Positions 43,124 to 55,509 of a stretch of DNA of 64,000 bases are shown here, one piece after another. Source of the stretch: Williopsis jadinii (Eukaryota); contig AP024665.1 in assembly GCA_024346625.1 (NCBI GenBank), forward strand, positions 2,232,001 through 2,296,000. Reading direction: 5' to 3'. How positions within the stretch are numbered: position 1 is the stretch's first letter; every line of letters starts with the position of its first letter. Made by a program: the position numbers and the translations under genes. A model generated the notes under the pieces. That model had not been told where the DNA came from and searched no databases. It was given only the letters and a program-made list of their open reading frames with translations.

Positions 43124-46100
43124 TTATTTATCAGGCTTTTCATCATCCCCCGATTCCTTTTCGGAAGGGTTCTTGGTAGTGACGTGGTCGTTGGTTGGTG
43201 TTGCAACCATCTCTTTGTGCGACACTCCACAAAACTTTTCCAAGACCTTTCTCAGTTGTGTACGTCTGATTGGCTTGGAGAGGAAACCTGTCATACCACA
43301 ATCCAAACATTCCTTAACGTTACTCTCATCGGCGAACGCAGTTAGCGCAACGATTGGCCCGTCAAACTCCAGAGCAGATCTGATGGTTTTCGTAGCCATA
43401 AGACCGTCAACCTTTGGCATTTGAACATCCATGAATATGATATCGATTGGACTACCCCCATTTTCAATATTCTTCTTGACCAAATTAATCGCTTCTTCAC
43501 CATCTCTAGCCATTTCAAGATCAGTGAAACCTTCCAGGTTAAGCATCCGCTTAATAACTTCTTGATTGACACCATTATCTTCTGCAACTAGTATCTTGAG
43601 CTTTTTCAAAGATGTCTTATCTTCCGTTTTAGACGATTGAGACGAACTTGACTTTGCAGTTCCTGTAGAGTTCCAATAAGATTTGTCAAAGTACGAGGTT
43701 TTCTCTGATGTAGGAGTATACATCTCTGGCTCAGAATGTGCAGATTCTTTGAGAGAGCCGGATTTTCTTGGCTCAACGATCTTAACTCTTCAATAACAAG
43801 TTCTTTGTGTTGCACCAATGGGACTCTAAAAATAAACTTAGATCCAACACCAACAGTGGATTCCAGCTCCATAACACCATGCATCATTGTCGCAAGTTGA
43901 CGACAAATAGACAGACCAAGACCTGTTCCACCGTATTGTCTGGAGAGAGTTTGGTCACCTTGGACGAATGGCTCAAAAACGGCATTTTGAAGATCCTGGG
44001 CAATACCGGGCCCAGTGTCTTCGACGACAAATTCAAATACCCAAGTTCTATTATCAGGAAGAGGAACTGTCTTAATTTGCTCCTCCTCATCTTCTGGTGT
44101 TGACAATTTGAACTGTGTTTTGAAAAAGTTATCATCAAATGAGGAGGTAGAAACTGTTACAACGCTTCTTGTCTCCAACTCGTCATCGTCGTCATCGTCA
44201 CTAGTGGTTGTTTCATTTGAAGTGGAAAGCTCATGGTCACTTAATGGATGCTCCATTTTTTCCAAACACGTTGCTTGGGGCAAAGAGTTTGGACGGATGT
44301 AAACATGTTTGTAGTCATCCTCACGGGATTTTTCTTCATCATACTCACCCAGATTTCTTATGGTCACAGTAACTTTTCCATCAACAGGGGTAAATTTTAA
44401 GGAGTTGCTCACCAAGTTCATCACAACTTGAATAATCCTGTTGGAGTCACCATACAATACCATCTTTCTAATTTCATTCGGCGTCAAAGTAATTGCAAGT
44501 TTGACATTCTGATCTTTTGCCAATTTACCAAAAATAGATTTTATTTGCAATGCAACCTCCATAATACAAAAATCAGCATTCTCCAATTTTGATCTCTTCA
44601 AGGAATTCTTCGAGAAGGTTAAAAGTTCTGTCAAAATATGCAACAAAAGTTCACCGGATCTAAAGATCAACTTCAAAGATTGGTGTACTTTTGAAGTATC
44701 AGTCTCAGCCATTGCAATTGCAGTCATACCAAGGATACCATTGAGAGGAGTTCTCAGTTCGTGAGAGATATTTGCAATGAAGACTGTCTTTGCATCATTA
44801 GCAGCTTCAGCTTGGATCTTGGCAGCTTCCAATTGTTTTGTTCTAGCTTTAACTCTATCTTCCAAATGCGTATATTGGCGGTCCAATTCATCTGTCATAG
44901 CATTAAAGGTCTCTGTCAATTGGGTCAGTTCATCTTCAAAAAACCTTGAATAATAAGGGATACGAGCATTGTGAAGATACGAAGCACTAATGCCTGGATC
45001 CCCGCTACTCGATATTGAACCAGCCTCACTCAATCCATGATCTGTATGTACAGAGTCTCTAGCCATTGGTGAAGGAGATGGTGTATAAGGAGGGGCAGGT
45101 CCTGGTCCCAACCCACTAGCGACAGAAGAACTATTTAAGCTTCCCATACCATCCGGATCCCGTTTGTTACTCTTTGAAGGTATATGTAGACCTCTTCCAG
45201 CAGCAATGGATTCTGCCGCTTGTTGCAACCTCAGGATAGGTTTAACTGCCCAATGAGTCAACGGTAGTGTGACTAATGCCATAAACACTGCGATACCAAA
45301 ACAAACACCGATCAAAATTTTAACCAGTTTTGTTGAAGGTTGATCAAAAGTTGACCGTTTCTGTTGGACAATTGCAGCCCAATCTGCAAGGTCGAAACTC
45401 ACAGGACAATAACCTGCAACAACATTTTCTCCTGCATAACTTTTTATTCTAGTTGTTCCAGTTTTTTGCAAGCGCAAAGCTTGGTTTGCAATAAATGAGC
45501 TTCCAATTCTTCGTGACACATTTGTTGGAACGTAACCTTCCACCGGGAAGGCAGCTCTAAACGTACTATTCACTGTGAGAGTTCCATTATTAGGATCTGC
45601 GGTTAATACAACGACATCTGAATCCACAAGAGTTGTATTGTCGTCCAGTGCAGATTTGAACGAAGATGCGGACATTATAGTTGTGACGTATCCAACGAGG
45701 TCACTTGTATCGAATAAAATGGATGCTGCATAGAAAATAGGAACCGTCATGGATAGAACCATGGTGGATGAATCATTCGAAATTGGACCCGTAAGCATAC
45801 CAACAGTGTCTAAAGTATCACGGACGGTGAAATTTTCCTGGTCCAGGGGGAACAGTTGATCCTGAACGTCATCTGGCACAAAACTATTTGACCAATTAGC
45901 CTCTGATGCAACCACCATATTAAACCTCGCATCGTACATCCTTACAGATGCAAATGTCAAGGACGACTGTAAGAACTGCTCAATGGTGTAGTTCGCCTGC
46001 GCCCAGTTTGAGTCTGACGTGTTACCAGCTCTATATGAGGCCAAGGAAGATTGTATAGATTCCCTGATTGTGAGCCAATACACCTGATAGTACAAAAAGT

Positions 46101-46353
46101 TCAACGTCTGCTCCATTTGAGACGCCTTGAGCTGGGCCACCGTCTCGAGTCTATCCTCTCTTGTAGATCTATAGTTCGTCGTGAAGTAGACACCCGTCGT
46201 TATGGCCAGTGTCAGCAGAGAACCAAGGGCAACACAAATCACCAGTGTCAACAGCTGCAGTCGTATACCGATTTTGAATACCCTGTGTTTACCATTGTGC
46301 TTCCAAGGCTTCGAAAAGTGTGGTTTAGAGAGCCCCTTCGGTAGTATCTTCAT
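43124..46353 (-). CDS. SLN1: Hybrid osmosensing histidine kinase Sln1, interrupted by a frameshift near 43785 (kinase ORF 46353-43606; receiver ORF 43723-43124)
   Basis: Two transmembrane segments, H-box [17 protein letters not shown] boxes ([25 protein letters not shown]). The receiver domain ([19 protein letters not shown]) is in a different frame. Confidence 0.9.
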
Positions 46354-47766
46354 CAGTATGATTATTAAACGTGCTCCCTGGTATGTGATATACCTCAGAA
46401 GGCCTCTTCGTAGACACTTTCAGTGTACGTGAGTAACAAGAACGCCTGTGTAGCTGCTACAATCACCTGTTGGACTCTTAGAACACACGTAGTGGTGATT
46501 TGGAGGCACTGCAAACGTAGAATGGAGAACAACCTCTGCACGAATGGACGCAGATCAACAGGGCGGTTCGGTTTAAAGTGACTTTGCAGAGTCAAATTAT
46601 CGAGAAGCGGTCAAGTGGAAGTGAGCCGCCTTGGTCTGAACCGTCGATAATGAAGCGTTTAGAGTGTCGTTTATATCTTGAGCTATAAAAAACAACAGCC
46701 ACAAACTTCCCTTTGTTTTTTTTTCCAGCCTGTTGTTTCGGTCTCTTGAAGTTTTCTTTCGTTTGCAACCGTGAAAGTCCGCTTTTCTTTTTCTGTGCTC
46801 TTTTTGCTGTTTTTCCTGGCTTGCAAGAAAACTATGAGGGAAGGAGCTGGTGCGATTTTGTTGGTTGAAATTAACCAGCTGGAATGCCTTTTACCAGTTA
46901 CCTTGGATATTTCATACAGATTAGGTGTTATAGTCAAACTTAGCTTCAATTTGTGTAAGAGGGCGCTCTCCTACTAATTAATCTTTACATTTTAACGGAA
47001 ATCGTCGTCCCACCTTTCATGCTTTTATATTTACCTGAACTGTAGAGAATTTGAATGTACATCAAAGGAGAAAGCGTACAAACCACACACACATGGGGTG
47101 TGGCCACCTACGAATGGTTCTCTCATGTTATTGACTCTATTTCTACGCGATAGTGCTTTTCCATGGGACCCTGGCGAAGGTCTCGTTGGTTCTCATTTAC
47201 TTGTTTAAGTGATTCCAGGTGGCTTCGTCAGCCCAAATTATCGCTGACGTCATTTTGTTGTTATTGGGAACACACAGCTGATTTCATTTTCAACTCTACG
47301 TGTAAAGATACACACACATATATGTTGTGCCTACCTTATTGGGAAGTCTACATGACACCTTTTTCGTGCTTTTTTGACACAATCCAACGCACGCACCAAT
47401 TCACCCGTTCGACTACTTCTGACGGTGGAAGCAAACACGTGTACGTTTAAGCTGGAGGGTATACATATAGCACTAAGCCTGTGGTTTTCGGAAATGGCAG
47501 AGTGAACGCTCAAACCACCGGCTTATTGTAGTTTCGGATGCGAATGCTAACATCATCAAGCGATAAACGACTGTGTACATCCAGACATCACATCTTGCAT
47601 CACAAACTTTGTTGATAAGGCAAAACCCCTCCTCCCCTTTCCCCTTTGGGTTGAAGCTCACGTTTTCAAACAGGGATAGACGAACAAACAGAGCAATTCA
47701 AGGCATTAAGAGACACAGAAGATATTACCACACAACAGCAGAGAATATCAAAGACAGTCACAGAGT

Positions 47767-49197
47767 ATGAGCGCGATTCAGCAGCCGGTGCCTCAGGAAC
47801 AGACCAGATCTTCAACCAGGCTCTTGTCGTCACACCACAGCGTGTTGGAGATGCTACAGCGCGAAGATTCAAGCGACGGGAACATCACAAGTGAAGAGGC
47901 GACACAATCCAGCACAGAGTACGATAGGGCCTTAGATCTGGCACCATGGCAGTTCATAGATAGTATGGAGCTGCCAAGACCAACGAGCTCGGTGCTCTCA
48001 AGTAGCGACACAGAGGAGGAATACGACCCAATGCCCCCGGCCCGCGGAATCCCCTTACCGCCTTCACCTTCATCAACAACATCAACAACAGCGGCAACGG
48101 CAACCGCCACTGGGATGGCCGGTTCCGCTGTGTCAAGAAACCCCATGGGCAACAGCCGTGTGGATGATGAAACAACAATAGTGGTGAACTTGAACGAGTT
48201 GGCGCTTCACCAACGCACCGCGTTCGAACAGACACCTGTTGATGTTAGCCTTGTGCTCCCTGACTTTTCCATGGCGGCAGAAGATAGGCCACATCAACAA
48301 TACCAAGGTGTTGTTGATGTACAGCGTCGTTTACAAGACCGCGTGTTGATCATTGGTCATCGTAAAGTGAACCTTTACAAATCGTTGAGTCCAATGCTCC
48401 GCGATCGGTTCACGTTGGACTCCACTAGTTCGAATTACAAGATCGTGGTTGTGATATTTGATGGGTTGACCAAGATTGGGAACATTTTGAACTTCATAAA
48501 GGCAAATGACGTTGAGAACAAGCTGTTTGTTCCAGTGGTTAGAAACATCAGCTATAAGATCATTGAAAGATTGTTAACACTATACAAGATCCAGCTTTTA
48601 TGCATGCCAATCCAGTTGGATGATGAAGAGTCATTAAAAAATCTGTTAGATTTGATTAGTGATGATGTGATTCTTGAGGATTCGTTCAAAACCGTGGCAC
48701 ACAGTATGGTGGATGATAAAAGGGCACCTCGTTTGTTGACTGATGAACCTTCAAACCAGAGCATCTCAATGACCCATGATTTCGAATCGTACATGCAAAG
48801 ATCCAAGAAATTACAGAGAAGAAAGAAGAAACGCTTCACGTATTCGCTAGTTGGTATTGGTATCAGTGTTGGAATAGGTATAGGCATCACTATTGCAATT
48901 GCAATGTCCTACTTCAGATCCTTTGATTCCACAAAGTCTGCAGTTTCAACAGTGGATACAAGCCCAACACCAAAGAGCCTTAGACAAACATGGAAATTGT
49001 TCTCCAGATCAGGAGAAGTTTTTACAAATGAAGCTTTGAAAGGACAGATTTTTCGGTTCAAGCAGCTGTTGACGAAGCTTTCCCAAACCTTGACACAGCA
49101 ATCCTCACATTGTTCTAATGAGTTGAAATCCACTATAGGTGCCTTTTGGAACGATTCTCGTGACTCTGTGGATTATCTACAGCTTCTTGATATTTGA
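47767..49197 (+). CDS. ATG32: Mitophagy receptor Atg32
   Basis: AIM-like WQFI followed by the CK2/Atg11-binding-type motif VLSSSDTEEE; single transmembrane segment after a basic cluster; adjacent to SLN1, as in S. cerevisiae. Confidence 0.8.
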   Translation: MSAIQQPVPQEQTRSSTRLLSSHHSVLEMLQREDSSDGNITSEEATQSSTEYDRALDLAPWQFIDSMELPRPTSSVLSSSDTEEEYDPMPPARGIPLPPSPSSTTSTTAATATATGMAGSAVSRNPMGNSRVDDETTIVVNLNELALHQRTAFEQTPVDVSLVLPDFSMAAEDRPHQQYQGVVDVQRRLQDRVLIIGHRKVNLYKSLSPMLRDRFTLDSTSSNYKIVVVIFDGLTKIGNILNFIKANDVENKLFVPVVRNISYKIIERLLTLYKIQLLCMPIQLDDEESLKNLLDLISDDVILEDSFKTVAHSMVDDKRAPRLLTDEPSNQSISMTHDFESYMQRSKKLQRRKKKRFTYSLVGIGISVGIGIGITIAIAMSYFRSFDSTKSAVSTVDTSPTPKSLRQTWKLFSRSGEVFTNEALKGQIFRFKQLLTKLSQTLTQQSSHCSNELKSTIGAFWNDSRDSVDYLQLLDI

Positions 49198-49462
49198 ACA
49201 ATTGCAGTCGGTAGTACAGCAAAGGTCATAGAGGGACATGAAGTAGGAATGGGAACAAGGTAATAGTGTGTTGGAGCAATCCAAATTAAACTAATTTTAA
49301 CGGAAATATCTATAAATTTACTGGGAAATATACATTCGTTTTTGACTTACAAAGTGTAATGGTTAAAATTAGTCAGAAGTAAAAGAAATCAGTATATATG
49401 AAAAGCCCTTTGTCATTGTAAATTGTAAACCCAAGTTGTCCAGCAGTATTCGTCGAGGTAAA

Positions 49463-51187
49463 TCAATTGTCGTGTTTACCACACAAGTAGGCAAACCTCC
49501 AAGGGACATCAAGTTTGTTTAAACCCGCAATCTCGATAAATTTCAATCTGTCATCTTCCCTATTTAGTGCCTTCTCTAACGCCAAGGTGGAATCGACCCG
49601 AATGTTTACACTCTTCTTCTCATCAGTATCACCAAAGGCCTTCAACAATGAGGTCCATTGCCAATTTGGCTGGATGTCATTATATGGTCTTTCTGGTCCA
49701 AGGACGATTCTCTCAACCGAATAACCTTCGTTGTTCAACAACAAGACTGTTGGCTTGACGTTATATCTCGTTAGTGAGGAAAGTTCCTGGATGGTCATCT
49801 GAGATGACCCATCTCCTTCAATCAACAACACACGACGGTTAGAGTTGTCATCCTTTACTGCTAAGGATGCACCAAGAGTTGCAGGAAGGGCATAGCCTAT
49901 GGAGCCATAGAAATTTTGGGTGACAAAAGTTATATTCTGTGGGAATTTCAGGTCTGGGATGGCAAACAAGAAAGAGCACATCTCACAAACAACAACGTCA
50001 TTTGGTCTAAGATATGTTTGCACAGTTTGAAACAAAGACTTCTGACTCACGTTAGCTGATTTGTCTAGCTCTGGCAAGTTTTGTGACAGTCTTGGAATGA
50101 TTTCTTTCTCCTTTAGTAGTCTTGTTGAATCGAATTGTATCACCAATTCGTCGAATACCAATTCACCATCGACATATGTATATAGCTGGTTATCGATACG
50201 GACGTAGTCTTTGCCAATCTCCATCACATTCTTGACATGCTGTGATGGGGACCAATTTCTAAAGTTATTCATTTCATTGTGGTTTACACCAAGGTGCAAA
50301 ACAGCATCAAATTGATCAAGCACCTGCAATGAGCCCTCAGTGGACAATTCACCAGCAATAACACCATGAAAGTGTTCTTGATTTTCATCAATGACAGATT
50401 TACCCAAAAAAGTAGAGAAGCAGTGGAAGCCATTCTCCTTGATGAACTTGTTCAATTTGTGACGACGTGTCTTGAACCACTGGTCACCGACAATAGCAGT
50501 TTCAGTGGCGTATAGCCTTTCCAGGATAACACTGGCCAACTCCTTTGCCTGCTGCTTGTCGGATCTGTACCTTTTGAAGTTCAAGCGTTTCTTTGGATCT
50601 ACAGAGATATCCATATTTGCCATGTTGACTGGAACAAAGAGGTAACCTGGTCTTGATTGTTTCGCAACCTGTTCAATCACATTATCAATCTGGGATTGGA
50701 CTTGATCCAATTTTGTATCGTCGAGAGTCTCCGAGACACAGCAGAACGGTTCCACCATCTTTTCATAGGTGAAGTGGTCTTGGCTTCTATCCCAAGTGTT
50801 CTTATTTGGAATGAGGTGATGCACCCCAAGTGGCGTTGTTGATCTCTTCGAGACCGTTGAAGAGGTACCAACGATATGAATAACACCGGCACCTTCAGTA
50901 AATGCACCAGAGATTGCGTTGATGGCACTCAACTCTCCAACACCGAACGTTGTAATCAGCGCACCAACACCATTAACCCTCGCGTACCCATCTGCTGCGT
51001 AACCAGCATTCAACTCGTTACAGTTCCCTAACCAGTTCAAAGATGGAACGTTATAGATGTGTTCCAACAAGGGTAGGTTAAAATCACCAGGAACTCCAAA
51101 CACAGAGTGGAAGTTTTTTATTTGTGAAAGTCTTTCAAAGATAAAAGTACCCAGCTTCACCTGGTTCGTCTCTTTATCAACAGTCAT
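49463..51187 (-). CDS. ThDP-dependent 2-oxo-acid decarboxylase, Aro10/PDC family
   Basis: FGVPGDFNL, CNELNAGYAADGYAR, TTFGVGELSA, HH motif, and the ThDP motif EGDGSSQMTIQE..NNEGY. Closer in style to Aro10. First ATG at 51187. Confidence 0.88.
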   Translation of the reverse strand: MTVDKETNQVKLGTFIFERLSQIKNFHSVFGVPGDFNLPLLEHIYNVPSLNWLGNCNELNAGYAADGYARVNGVGALITTFGVGELSAINAISGAFTEGAGVIHIVGTSSTVSKRSTTPLGVHHLIPNKNTWDRSQDHFTYEKMVEPFCCVSETLDDTKLDQVQSQIDNVIEQVAKQSRPGYLFVPVNMANMDISVDPKKRLNFKRYRSDKQQAKELASVILERLYATETAIVGDQWFKTRRHKLNKFIKENGFHCFSTFLGKSVIDENQEHFHGVIAGELSTEGSLQVLDQFDAVLHLGVNHNEMNNFRNWSPSQHVKNVMEIGKDYVRIDNQLYTYVDGELVFDELVIQFDSTRLLKEKEIIPRLSQNLPELDKSANVSQKSLFQTVQTYLRPNDVVVCEMCSFLFAIPDLKFPQNITFVTQNFYGSIGYALPATLGASLAVKDDNSNRRVLLIEGDGSSQMTIQELSSLTRYNVKPTVLLLNNEGYSVERIVLGPERPYNDIQPNWQWTSLLKAFGDTDEKKSVNIRVDSTLALEKALNREDDRLKFIEIAGLNKLDVPWRFAYLCGKHDN

Positions 51188-51922
51188 GATGTGGTTGAGC
51201 TTTACTAATACCGGCAATATATATCATTCCAGTTTGGCAATACAGGGGTGGATGGAAGCTTCTTAAATAGTCCATGGCTAAGCAATCCACGGGCTGAAAA
51301 CGAGTTTCTTCACCCCTTTCCGTCCATCTTCACGGGAACTAGCGGTATGTGTCGCTTCACAACGGTAGGGTAGAAGGAGTTGAAGTTGACAAGCTTGGAC
51401 AGAAGCAGAACGTACTGCTTATGCAAAACATACATATGCTAGGAAGGCAATTGACGGATATCGCTGGCAAAGCGCGGAGCCAAAAAAAGACTTACAGTTT
51501 GTCTTTGCCCATAGCCGAGCCACGCAGAATGTATGTGTGTACGGGTGTTTCCCACTATTCCAGTGAGTCAGAGACTGTGTGGAAGGCGTAGCAAGGCGCC
51601 GTTTAACACCTTGTGAGCCTGCGTTGTGTGGTATTCAAGCTGTAGTTCTTGGGTTTAGATCGCCACGGTTCACAGTTGACAGTCTACAGCCAATGGTGCA
51701 CATAGTTGACTTTATAAGCGCCATTACCCGTCGAGATGGCGTAGTCCGTACACGGCACGACATATTACAAACCATAGAACGGTGTATGGTGCGCTTGAAG
51801 CTCCAGCAGAAGCTGAGCGATTCCTCGTCATATGTATATTATTAATGATGGTAATACAGATACGAACGCCGCTTCGTTCTCCCTCCTTGCTTTTCTTTGA
51901 TGTAAGTGCCATGCGTCTAAGT

Positions 51923-52760
51923 CTAACTTTGTTCCTCCATCTCTTCGTCTCCCTCATCATCGTCATCTTCTGGATATACGTACCCGTTTGCTGTGTTGAT
52001 GGTCTCCAGACCGCGGTCGGCAAGCCTCTTCTGCAAAGAGCGCCTTTGTTGTTCTTGCCATCTGGCGAGTTTGGCATACTCGTGTATTTTGAAGCCAAAC
52101 ATCTTGGGAACGTAGCGCTCTGTTGGATGAGAAGGTTGCAAATGAGGGTACTGTTGGAAGAACATGGCAGGAAACGACGTTCCGAAGAAGGCACCGTCTA
52201 TCATGGCGTGTCTAGAAGACTTTGGATTGTACAGGTCTTCGCATCTTGGACAGTAGAGCTTCACTGAGCATACTCCACAGATATCGCTGAGTCCCACAGG
52301 TAATAGATGCTGTAGCTGGCAGTGGACTCTTGCGCAGTAGCCAAAGTCCGCCTTCTTGTACTTCTCCATCATCCTCTGTAAGCCTCTAGGCGTCAGAATG
52401 AAACGTGCGTGTACAAGGCCATAGAGCACACGGGCATTGGAATCGTAGATTTCTCTCAGCTCATCGGTTAGTTGACTCACATCAGTCTCGTCAATGATAT
52501 AGTCAATTACTTGTGATATTCTCTCCACTTGTTCATTCAAGCCCGTCAAGTTGAACTTGTCAGTGATGTATTCAATGTCAATGTCACAGAAGTATTCATG
52601 GCCTTTGATACCTAAAAAGGTGTCGATCCAATACTCTGAACGTAACTCATCAGTTAGTATCTTGGAAACAGATTCAAACCAGAAGAAAACAAACATGATA
52701 AAGAAATCACTCACCTGAAAGCTCACTCCCTGAATCACTCGTGTACTGATCGTCTTCCAT
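51923..52760 (-). CDS. CKB2: Casein kinase II regulatory beta' subunit; 2 exons: 52760-52715 and 52635-51923
   Basis: WIDTFLGIKGHEYFCDIDIEYI, the Zn finger and DGAFFGTSFP. Intron 52714-52636 (GTGAGT..TACTAAC..CAG). Divergent from HIR2, as in S. cerevisiae. Confidence 0.9.
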
Positions 52761-52986
52761 GATCACCACTTAATTTACCTCAGAAGGGGTTCCCGTTCTC
52801 TCGTTCTCTCAAATTATTTACAAACACCCCCCAACGCAAAAAACACAACAACCAGCATGAAAATTTGTAACAGTGCCCGCGAATTTACCCTTTGCTACCC
52901 ATTTTCATTGTTTTGTTTACACAAAAAAGCGTACACAAAAGATCAACAAACATCACAGCTGAGCGGTTGGCTTCTTTTATAGCGGA

Positions 52987-55509
52987 ATGAGACTGCTGAA
53001 GGTGCCTGGGAGTGTTCCTGTAACGGCGCTTGTGTATAGCGATGGCCTGCTCTTTGCCGCCCAGAGAGATGGTGTGGTTTCGGTATGGGACGCGAAGAAG
53101 CTGTGCGAAGTTGCTAACATGTCAAGTATCTCACAGGGAGAGAAGGACGAGCTGAAGCCGCTCTCGACGTTAGCGGTCCACGATGGCGTTGAAGTGACGT
53201 GTATCACAGTGCTAGGCGATGAAATAATCACCGGGGATGCTGAGGGGAAGGTGTACAAGACAAGGGTAACCGCCCAACACGAGCTGACAGGCGTCAAGTT
53301 GCTGATGGATCACAAGGGTAAACAGATCAACGACGTTACAAGATCAGGTCAACTTGTGCTATTTGGGTTGTTGAATCAGGTGGCAGCGTATGACATGAAA
53401 GAGGACAAGCAGTTACCATCGATTATGACTAGAACTGACATAAAGAGTGTGTCTGTAGACCCGACCGGCGTATACTTGGTTACTGTTGGTGCCAACAAGA
53501 ACGTTTCACTGTACCAGATCCAAGTGTCGGATGGTGCTTTCCTCCACAAGAAGATAACAGTGGCATCTCAGTCGTTGACTTCGATCGTTGATGTTTGTCG
53601 TATCTCGTGGTCCCCATCCGGGGAACGGTTTGCATTGCCGAACACAAACCTCGATCCCAATGCAAAGACCATAGGAATGATCTCGAGATCAAACTGGAAA
53701 TCTGATTTCTCGCTAATTGGCCAGAATGCAAACGTTGTGAGCTTCTGCTCAAAGGTGTTTACAACGGAAGACTCAAAGCATTACAATGTTATTGCATCAT
53801 CCGGCGTGAACAAGGCCATCACAGTATGGAATACGTCGTTTCAAAGACCCCTCTTCACCGCAGCAGATGTTTCTTCAAAATTAATAACCGATATCCAGTG
53901 GTCAACAGATGGGCTATCAATGTTTGTTGCTGGTGATACTATCGTGGTGTTTGTATTCGAGACGGAGGAGCTGGGAAAACCGATAGACGAAGAAACGTTC
54001 AAGGGCTTAATTTCAAAGTTGAAAATTCCAGAGCCTTTGAAACCAAAGGAGGAAACATCAACACTCACACTTAAACCATTAAAATCAAACACTGTTATTG
54101 AGGAAATACCGAAAGATGTTGAAACCCCCGAACCTGCAAAATTAGAGTCAAAATCTCTCTCTCTCTTAAAAGGCGACCGCAAACGTATTGCACCTACTCT
54201 GATTTCTTCAAATGACAACAAGAAGGGTCCACTGCAGCCTCAGATTTCCAAGTCACCTACAGAGAATGGATCACAGAGGACGATGGAGTTTGACTTACCA
54301 TCATTTAATGTTCCAAAAGACTTAAAACGCCACGAGGAATCAGAAACACCAGAATCAGACCAACCAGCAATTAAGAAAAGACGTGATTTGGAACCAATTG
54401 AATTCATCGGCAACATTGCTATTAACCCGTCAACTGCATTTTCCAAGATACGTATATCAACTCCAAAGATACGATCATCATTCGTACTGGAATCTCCAAA
54501 TGATCCCACGCTGGCATTAGAGATAAAGAACGGCTCCGGGTCTGAGCAAAAGCCAACAAAAATTACACTTTTGAGGAACTATTCAAAACAAATATTTACA
54601 GATTTCATACCAAAGTTAGTATGTTTGGCTTCAGGAGGAGAAGGTGGATTTTGGGCAGTATCTACCGTGGATGGCGTCTTGTATATATATTCTGATTCAG
54701 GAAGAAGAATATTCCCACCGTTAGTTCTTGGTACACCACTGAGCTTTTTAGAGAGCAAGGGGAAATTCCTCTTAGCAGTGACATCATTGGGTGAGGTTTA
54801 TACCTGGAATGTTCAGAGTAAGAAAGCACTCTTCGAACCAACATCACTGTATCCTTTATTAGCAAGATCAAACACAGAGCTGTTAACAAGGGCAGAGAAT
54901 TTAACAATGTGCAGTATCTCATCGAGTGGAGTTCCGGTGGTTACCCTTTCCAACGGGAATGGCTATCTTTTTGACAAAGACTTGGAGACATGGACTTTAA
55001 TTAGTGACTCTTGGTGGGCATTCGGTTCCCAGTATTGGGACTCCGGTGATGTGAAACCTACTGGATCATTGATATCTGTTTTGGAGAAGAAAACCAACGA
55101 TGAAATTGTTAGAAGAGGGAGGGCCAAGTTCTTACAAAAGATGGCTAAAACCATGCTTATGAAGGAAGGGTATGAAAATTTGGAAAAGATAGTTTCTTTA
55201 GCACATTTGGAGAATCGGATTCTAATATCGTTGAGACTGGGGGAGAGCATAGAGTTCAAGACACATTTGATCATCTACTGTAAACGAATCAGTGAGATGG
55301 GATTCAAGGCAAGGCTGGCTGAAATCTTTGAAGAGTTATTAAGCCAAGAAGATATGGACACTTCAGAGTCCAATTCGAAGATACTGGACTTTGACAAACA
55401 TGAACTACTAAAAGAACTCATATTTGCCTGTGCAGGTTTCAGGAATGTGCAAAGAATTCTTGTCCAATATGCTACAGCTATGAATATTTTGGACAGAGTG
55501 GTGTTCTGA
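52987..55509 (+). CDS. HIR2: HIRA-family histone chaperone Hir2
   Basis: N-terminal WD40 repeats, B-motif DRKRIAPTLIS, and the Hira domain (SDSWWAFGSQYW, SLAHLENRI). Confidence 0.88.
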   Translation: MRLLKVPGSVPVTALVYSDGLLFAAQRDGVVSVWDAKKLCEVANMSSISQGEKDELKPLSTLAVHDGVEVTCITVLGDEIITGDAEGKVYKTRVTAQHELTGVKLLMDHKGKQINDVTRSGQLVLFGLLNQVAAYDMKEDKQLPSIMTRTDIKSVSVDPTGVYLVTVGANKNVSLYQIQVSDGAFLHKKITVASQSLTSIVDVCRISWSPSGERFALPNTNLDPNAKTIGMISRSNWKSDFSLIGQNANVVSFCSKVFTTEDSKHYNVIASSGVNKAITVWNTSFQRPLFTAADVSSKLITDIQWSTDGLSMFVAGDTIVVFVFETEELGKPIDEETFKGLISKLKIPEPLKPKEETSTLTLKPLKSNTVIEEIPKDVETPEPAKLESKSLSLLKGDRKRIAPTLISSNDNKKGPLQPQISKSPTENGSQRTMEFDLPSFNVPKDLKRHEESETPESDQPAIKKRRDLEPIEFIGNIAINPSTAFSKIRISTPKIRSSFVLESPNDPTLALEIKNGSGSEQKPTKITLLRNYSKQIFTDFIPKLVCLASGGEGGFWAVSTVDGVLYIYSDSGRRIFPPLVLGTPLSFLESKGKFLLAVTSLGEVYTWNVQSKKALFEPTSLYPLLARSNTELLTRAENLTMCSISSSGVPVVTLSNGNGYLFDKDLETWTLISDSWWAFGSQYWDSGDVKPTGSLISVLEKKTNDEIVRRGRAKFLQKMAKTMLMKEGYENLEKIVSLAHLENRILISLRLGESIEFKTHLIIYCKRISEMGFKARLAEIFEELLSQEDMDTSESNSKILDFDKHELLKELIFACAGFRNVQRILVQYATAMNILDRVVF

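Noticed and set aside
43770..43800. Programmed ribosomal frameshift or intron explaining the SLN1 split
   Set aside because: No slippery heptamer, no Ty-type +1 site and no donor/branch/acceptor; the missing conserved linker points to a deletion.
51333..51345. Aro80-type CGG-N7-CGG site upstream of the decarboxylase gene
   Set aside because: Only a single pair, which could easily arise by chance.
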